Assembly: GCA_036339735.1 (NCBI GenBank)
Contig: JAYZAL010000093.1
Span: 1-10,931 of the forward strand
DNA from: Candidatus Poribacteria bacterium
GTDB taxonomy: Bacteria > Poribacteria > WGA-4E > UBA9662
DNA: 10,931 bases
Reading direction: 5' to 3'
The notes beneath the pieces are model-generated. The model ran no database searches, had not been told where the DNA came from, and was given only the letters and a program-made list of their open reading frames with translations. Numbering within the stretch: the first letter of the stretch is position 1; every line of letters starts with the position of its first letter. Made by a program: the position numbers and the translations under genes. This document shows, piece after piece, positions 7,342-10,931 of the stretch.

Positions 7342-8151
7342 ATGAAACAGAAAAAATATGATCTAAAGACTACTATTCTCTCTAATCAAGAAGTGGCTGA
7401 AGGCCACTATATGCTTCACTGTAACTGTCCAGAAATTGCCCATTCTGCTGAGCCAGGGCAATTTATTCACGTCTTGTTTAATTCTGGTAGCGGTTTATTA
7501 TTACGGAGGCCGTTCACGATCTATACTATTGAGGGCCAACAAATCTCGATGCTATATCAAGTCATTGGTGAAGGAACATCCATTTTATCTAAGATGGAAC
7601 CGGGAACTACTATACATGTTTTAGGACCTTTAGGTAATACTTTCACAATTTCTGATGACTTGGATTTAGCAATCGTCGTAGGCGGTGGTGCTGGCATAGC
7701 CTCATTGATGTTACTGATAACGGAACTGAAGACTAGACAGGTTGAAACGAGTGTTTTGGTTGGATCAATGAATGAGTCAAGATTATTGAGCCGAACTGAT
7801 ATACAGGACCTTGGAATAACTCCACAAATTGCTACTGACGATGGGAGTGTTGGATATCAAGGTTTAGTTACTGATTTACTGTCGAGATTACTTAGCAAAA
7901 CAAGTAAGCAGAGAATAACCGTATTCACCTGTGGTCCATATGGTATGTTGAGTACTGTAGCCAATATATGCCACAAATTTGGTGTAGTTTGTCAAGTGGC
8001 AATGGAAAACCGAATGGGATGTGCATTAGGTGTTTGCTTAGGTTGTGTCTGTAAAGTTCGAATAGAAACCGATAGTGAAGAATTTGAGTATCAACGGGTT
8101 TGCACCGAAGGGCCTGTCTTTTCTGCTCCTAACATTATTTGGGACATGTAA
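7342..8151 (+). CDS. pyrK: Dihydroorotate dehydrogenase B electron transfer subunit (FAD/NAD/[2Fe-2S])
   Basis: 269 aa. 'PGQF', FAD motif 'LLRRPFTI', 'GEGT', 'GPLGN', NAD loop 'VGGGAGIA', 'TDDGSVGYQGLVTD', 'CGP', and the [2Fe-2S] motif 'MGCALGVCLGC...RVCTEGPVF'. Confidence 0.9.
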   Translation: MKQKKYDLKTTILSNQEVAEGHYMLHCNCPEIAHSAEPGQFIHVLFNSGSGLLLRRPFTIYTIEGQQISMLYQVIGEGTSILSKMEPGTTIHVLGPLGNTFTISDDLDLAIVVGGGAGIASLMLLITELKTRQVETSVLVGSMNESRLLSRTDIQDLGITPQIATDDGSVGYQGLVTDLLSRLLSKTSKQRITVFTCGPYGMLSTVANICHKFGVVCQVAMENRMGCALGVCLGCVCKVRIETDSEEFEYQRVCTEGPVFSAPNIIWDM

Positions 8152-8152
8152 G

Positions 8153-8851
8153 ATGAATCAAATCAAGAACTGGTACAACCGGCAGTTAGATGAATTTAAG
8201 GCTGTTGTATTTGATATGGATGGCCTATTATTGGATACCGAACGTATTTCCTACGACTCTTTTATAGAAACTTGTCTCGAACACGGTTTCGAAAATACGG
8301 AGCAAACCGAGGCTATCTACCAACAGTGTATTGGTTGTAATAGTAGTAGGCTTCAGCTGATTTTGAAAGATGGATTTGGCTCGGCGTTGCCACACAATTT
8401 CTATAGTCGATGGCGTGAAATTTATGGCCAACAGGTATATCAAAAAGCTCCTCCTATCAAAGAAGGTGTCTTTCCTCTACTTCGATTCTTACAGTCTCGA
8501 AATTTACCTTTAGCTATTGCAACCTCGACTAAATTTCCTAATGCGATTAAAAAACTGGAATCGACGAATTTGCTGTTTTTTTTTGATAAAGTGGTTGGGG
8601 GAGATCAAGTGAGAAATAGCAAGCCTGAGCCAGAAATCTACCAAAAAGCCGCCCAGTTGCTAGGGGTTCCGGTGGAATCTTGTTTGGCATTAGAAGATAG
8701 CAATAATGGAGTTCGAGCTGCGCATAAGGCAGGAATGTTTGTTATACAAATACCTGATATGTTACCACCGTCCGATTTAGTGCAAACACTAGACAGGTGG
8801 ATATCTGTACCTTCTCTAGTAGACGTTCTTCAACTTTTACAATATGCTTAG
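8153..8851 (+). CDS. HAD-superfamily phosphatase (subfamily IA, beta-phosphoglucomutase/CbbY-like)
   Basis: Motif I 'FDMDGLLLDTE', motif II 'ATST', motif III 'KPEPEIY', motif IV 'EDSNNG'. Start placed at ATG 8153, 1 nt after the pyrK stop, rather than the ORF-track GTG at 8075 inside pyrK. 232 aa. Confidence 0.92.
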   Translation: MNQIKNWYNRQLDEFKAVVFDMDGLLLDTERISYDSFIETCLEHGFENTEQTEAIYQQCIGCNSSRLQLILKDGFGSALPHNFYSRWREIYGQQVYQKAPPIKEGVFPLLRFLQSRNLPLAIATSTKFPNAIKKLESTNLLFFFDKVVGGDQVRNSKPEPEIYQKAAQLLGVPVESCLALEDSNNGVRAAHKAGMFVIQIPDMLPPSDLVQTLDRWISVPSLVDVLQLLQYA

Positions 8852-8953
8852 GCAGCTAGCATGTTGAGTGAAGTGAATTGCCTCAATAGATCTTAGATTT
8901 GTTCTACCGTCTATAGTTACAGCTCTTACATTTTTTCAGATCAATCACAGAAG

Positions 8954-8983
8954 AAAAAAGGCGTGTCATCCTGACACGCCTTT
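8954..8983 (-). terminator. Rho-independent terminator of rplJ-rplL, possibly bidirectional
   Basis: Perfect inverted repeat AAAGGCGTGTCA (8957-8968) / TGACACGCCTTT (8972-8983) around a 3-nt loop. On the - strand the GC-rich stem is followed by TTTTTTCTT. It lies 36 nt past the rplL stop and faces the convergent HAD gene. Confidence 0.9.
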
Positions 8984-9019
8984 GGGAAATAAGAATAATC
9001 GAAAATCAATCTTATGGAA

Positions 9020-9415
9020 CTATTTGATAGTCGCGCTTGCACCTACCGCTTCTAGTTTCTCTTTGATTTCTTCAGCTTCTTCTTTGCTTGCAGCTTCTTT
9101 AATAACGTTAGGAGCGCCCTCTACGGCTTCTTTCGCTTCACGTAAGCCCAAACCCGTTATCGCGCGAACTTCTTTGATAACCTTGATTTTTTGGTCACCA
9201 ATTTCAGTTAATTCTACATCAAACTCGGTTTGTTCCTCAGCAGCCGCTTCACCTTCTCCCTCCGCTCCAGCCGCACCCATTGGCATCATACCCGCGGCCA
9301 TAACAGGAGCCGCAGCACTAACACCAAACTTGTCCTCAATTGCTTTGACGAGCTCTGATAGTTCCAAAACTGTCATTTCACTTATCTGGTCTACTAATTC
9401 TTGTACATCAGCCAT
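9020..9415 (-). CDS. rplL: 50S ribosomal protein L7/L12 (bL12)
   Basis: '[24 protein letters not shown]', '[10 protein letters not shown]', '[24 protein letters not shown]', '[12 protein letters not shown]'. Strong SD AAGGAG upstream. Confidence 0.99.
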   Translation of the reverse strand: MADVQELVDQISEMTVLELSELVKAIEDKFGVSAAAPVMAAGMMPMGAAGAEGEGEAAAEEQTEFDVELTEIGDQKIKVIKEVRAITGLGLREAKEAVEGAPNVIKEAASKEEAEEIKEKLEAVGASATIK

Positions 9416-9474
9416 TTTTTTCTCCTTAGGTTTGAATTTACGTGTCTCTTTCTGACATTTGAACGGTTAATACT

Positions 9475-10035
9475 CTAAGTTTCTGATTTTTGGTCTGCAA
9501 CAGCTTGCAATAGGCTAGCAAGTTTTCGAGGCTGGTCATTCAATGAATTGACCACACCTGCGAGATCTCTCATCGGTGCTGCCAAGACTTGAGCAATAGC
9601 ATTGATTGGAGCATTCAACGAGGCCGCTACCTGTCCTCTGAGTTGGTCTTTGGATGGCATGTCCACCAACTTTTCTGTGGCTGCTTGATCAATGACTTGC
9701 CCACCAAGAATACCTCCTTTGATTTTGAGGTCTTCGTTATCTTCGCTAAACTCGATTAGTGCTTTTGTTAGGCTAGCGGGATCATCACTTGTTGCAACCG
9801 CAGTTGTTCCATGAAGATACGCTTCAAGGCCTTCAATATCTAAATTGTTAGCACTAACTTGAATCAGCCGATTCTTATAAACTTTATACTGAACACTGGC
9901 TTCCCGTAGCACATCGCGTAACTGCCCCATTTGTGCAACGGTTAAGCCTTCATAACTGGTCAATACTGCTACTTCAGCCTCTTCCAACCGCTGTGTAATC
10001 TCAGCTACTTGCTCAACATTCTTTTGATTTGGCAT
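9475..10035 (-). CDS. rplJ: 50S ribosomal protein L10 (uL10)
   Basis: 'YEGLTVAQMGQLR..LR', 'YKVYKNRL', 'LHGTTA', 'IKGG', 'MPSKDQL'. Lies between rplA and rplL. SD GGGGAG 8 nt upstream of the ATG. Confidence 0.98.
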   Translation of the reverse strand: MPNQKNVEQVAEITQRLEEAEVAVLTSYEGLTVAQMGQLRDVLREASVQYKVYKNRLIQVSANNLDIEGLEAYLHGTTAVATSDDPASLTKALIEFSEDNEDLKIKGGILGGQVIDQAATEKLVDMPSKDQLRGQVAASLNAPINAIAQVLAAPMRDLAGVVNSLNDQPRKLASLLQAVADQKSET

Positions 10036-10093
10036 TTACCAATCTCCCCTAAGAGATCCCTCTGATGTTTGAGGGTAGGTTAAACTTATCAGC

Positions 10094-10120
10094 AAAAAAA
10101 AACCTCCAATCGTTGGAGGC
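10094..10120 (-). terminator. Attenuator terminator in the rplJ leader
   Basis: The - strand reads GCCTCCAA-CGA-TTGGAGG followed by nine T. It lies 58 nt upstream of the rplJ ATG and downstream of the L10-binding fold. Confidence 0.85.
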
Positions 10121-10207
10121 GAAGTCCGATCTAAGACTAGAACCTAAGATCGACATTAGCCTCGGCCGGTTGTTTTATTCGATTTACTCGAACCGACTGT
10201 CTGCGAC
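10094..10207 (-). ncRNA. L10 ribosomal protein leader (L10(L12)n autoregulatory element)
   Basis: The - strand reads GTC-GCAGAC-AGTCGGTT ... TTCGA-GTAAA-TCGAA ... AACCGGC-CGAG-GC. This matches the kink-turn-type AGAC/CGAG core and small TAAA-loop hairpin of L10 leaders. A further hairpin (10154-10124) and the terminator follow. Confidence 0.85.
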
Positions 10208-10222
10208 TAAAAATGAAAATGT

Positions 10223-10253
10223 ATTTTACTTGTAATATTAATTCTAAGTACAA
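10223..10253 (-). promoter_or_regulatory. Possible internal promoter for rplJ-rplL
   Basis: TAAAAT (10228-10223) would put a start site just upstream of the leader fold at 10207. The best -35, TTGTAC (10253-10248), has a suboptimal 19-nt spacer, and the region is AT-rich. Confidence 0.3.
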
Positions 10254-10256
10254 AGA

Positions 10257-10931
10257 TTAAACAAACGATTGCAAGTCAACACGAATGCCAGCACCCATCG
10301 TTGAAGAAATTGAAACACTCTTCAAGTAACGCCCTTTTACTGTTGATGGACGAACTCGAATCAATGTTCCCATGACTGCTTGAATATTATCTTCAATCTG
10401 TTCTTTACCGAAAGATGCCTTGCCAACTGGAACGTGGACAATACCGGACTCTCTCTCAACACGATATTCAATCTGACCAGCTTTGATATTGTTAACTACG
10501 CCGGCTACATCGTTGGTGACCGTTCCTGTCTTAGCGTTCGGCATCAATCCACGCGGCCCTAGAATCCTACCTAATTTAGGGGTGATTCTACGCATCAAAT
10601 CTGGTGTAGAAACTGTGGCATCAAACTCCATCCAGCCACCCGCAATTTTATCGACTAGCTCATCTACTCCCACTTCGTCTGCCCCAGCATCAAGCGCTGC
10701 CTGGGCATTTTCACCTTCAGCAAAAACGATTACCCTTACTTTTTTACCCGTTCCATGTGGCAAGGAAATCGTGCCACGCAGATTCTGATCAGCCTGTTTC
10801 GCGTCTACACCCAAGTGAGCTGCCAGATCAACTGTTTCGTCGAATTTGGCACTAGCGTTACTTTTTAAAATTTCAACGGCTTGATCTATTGCGTAAACCT
10901 GATTTCTGTCAATCGACTCACTAACCTTTTT
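10257..10931 (-). CDS. rplA: 50S ribosomal protein L1 (uL1), 5' end outside the window
   Basis: The frame is open from base 10931 (KKVSESIDRNQVYAIDQAVEILKSNASAKFDETVDLAAHLGVD...), followed by 'RGTISLPHGTGK', 'LGRILGPRGLMPNAKTGTVT', 'VGKASF' and 'SSTMG'. The ORF-track start at 10814 is an internal Leu. Confidence 0.99.
   Translation of the reverse strand, partial: KKVSESIDRNQVYAIDQAVEILKSNASAKFDETVDLAAHLGVDAKQADQNLRGTISLPHGTGKKVRVIVFAEGENAQAALDAGADEVGVDELVDKIAGGWMEFDATVSTPDLMRRITPKLGRILGPRGLMPNAKTGTVTNDVAGVVNNIKAGQIEYRVERESGIVHVPVGKASFGKEQIEDNIQAVMGTLIRVRPSTVKGRYLKSVSISSTMGAGIRVDLQSFV

Noticed and set aside
1192..7624. Short alternative-frame and antisense ORFs in the track (e.g. 1192-1482, 2420-2737, 4684-4950, 5406-5687, 7436-7624)
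   Set aside because: All lie within well-supported genes and show no recognisable motifs.
8075..8152. 26-aa N-terminal extension of the HAD protein resembling a signal peptide
   Set aside because: It overlaps the conserved pyrK 3' end. ATG 8153 gives a normal-length cytoplasmic HAD.
8982..9455. 157-aa + strand ORF, and similarly 10380-10562 and 10483-10788
   Set aside because: These are antisense shadows of rplL and rplA caused by biased codon usage.
1..10931. CRISPR arrays, tandem repeats, IS or integrase genes, frameshifted pseudogenes at homopolymer runs
   Set aside because: I saw no repeated units or mobility genes by eye, and reading frames stay intact through the poly-T runs.

Overview
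Bacterial, AT-rich (roughly 40% GC by eye), densely coding window in three parts. (1) Bases 219-7290 hold a divergently transcribed set of sugar or small-molecule modifying genes. The - strand carries a DegT/DnrJ/EryC1/StrS PLP aminotransferase and a PhyH-family Fe(II)/2-oxoglutarate dioxygenase. The + strand carries a CE4/NodB-like deacetylase, a xylose-isomerase-like TIM-barrel protein with altered metal ligands, an enolase-superfamily (MR subgroup) enzyme and a 645-aa polytopic membrane protein (DUF6785/DUF6784-like). (2) Bases 7342-8851 hold pyrK without an adjacent pyrD, probably leaderless, followed by a HAD phosphatase. (3) Bases 8954-10931 hold the - strand ribosomal cluster rplA (5'-truncated by the window)-L10 leader/attenuator-rplJ-rplL, closed by an intrinsic terminator with no rpoB downstream. 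The best candidates for something undescribed are a putative uptake-and-catabolism module for an N-acylated amino sugar or aminocyclitol, a TIM-barrel protein with two metal ligands replaced by Lys/Arg, and an L10 whose C-terminal helix appears to have four L12-dimer binding segments. I saw no mobile elements, CRISPR arrays, tRNAs or rRNAs. All family calls come from motif recognition, not database searches.
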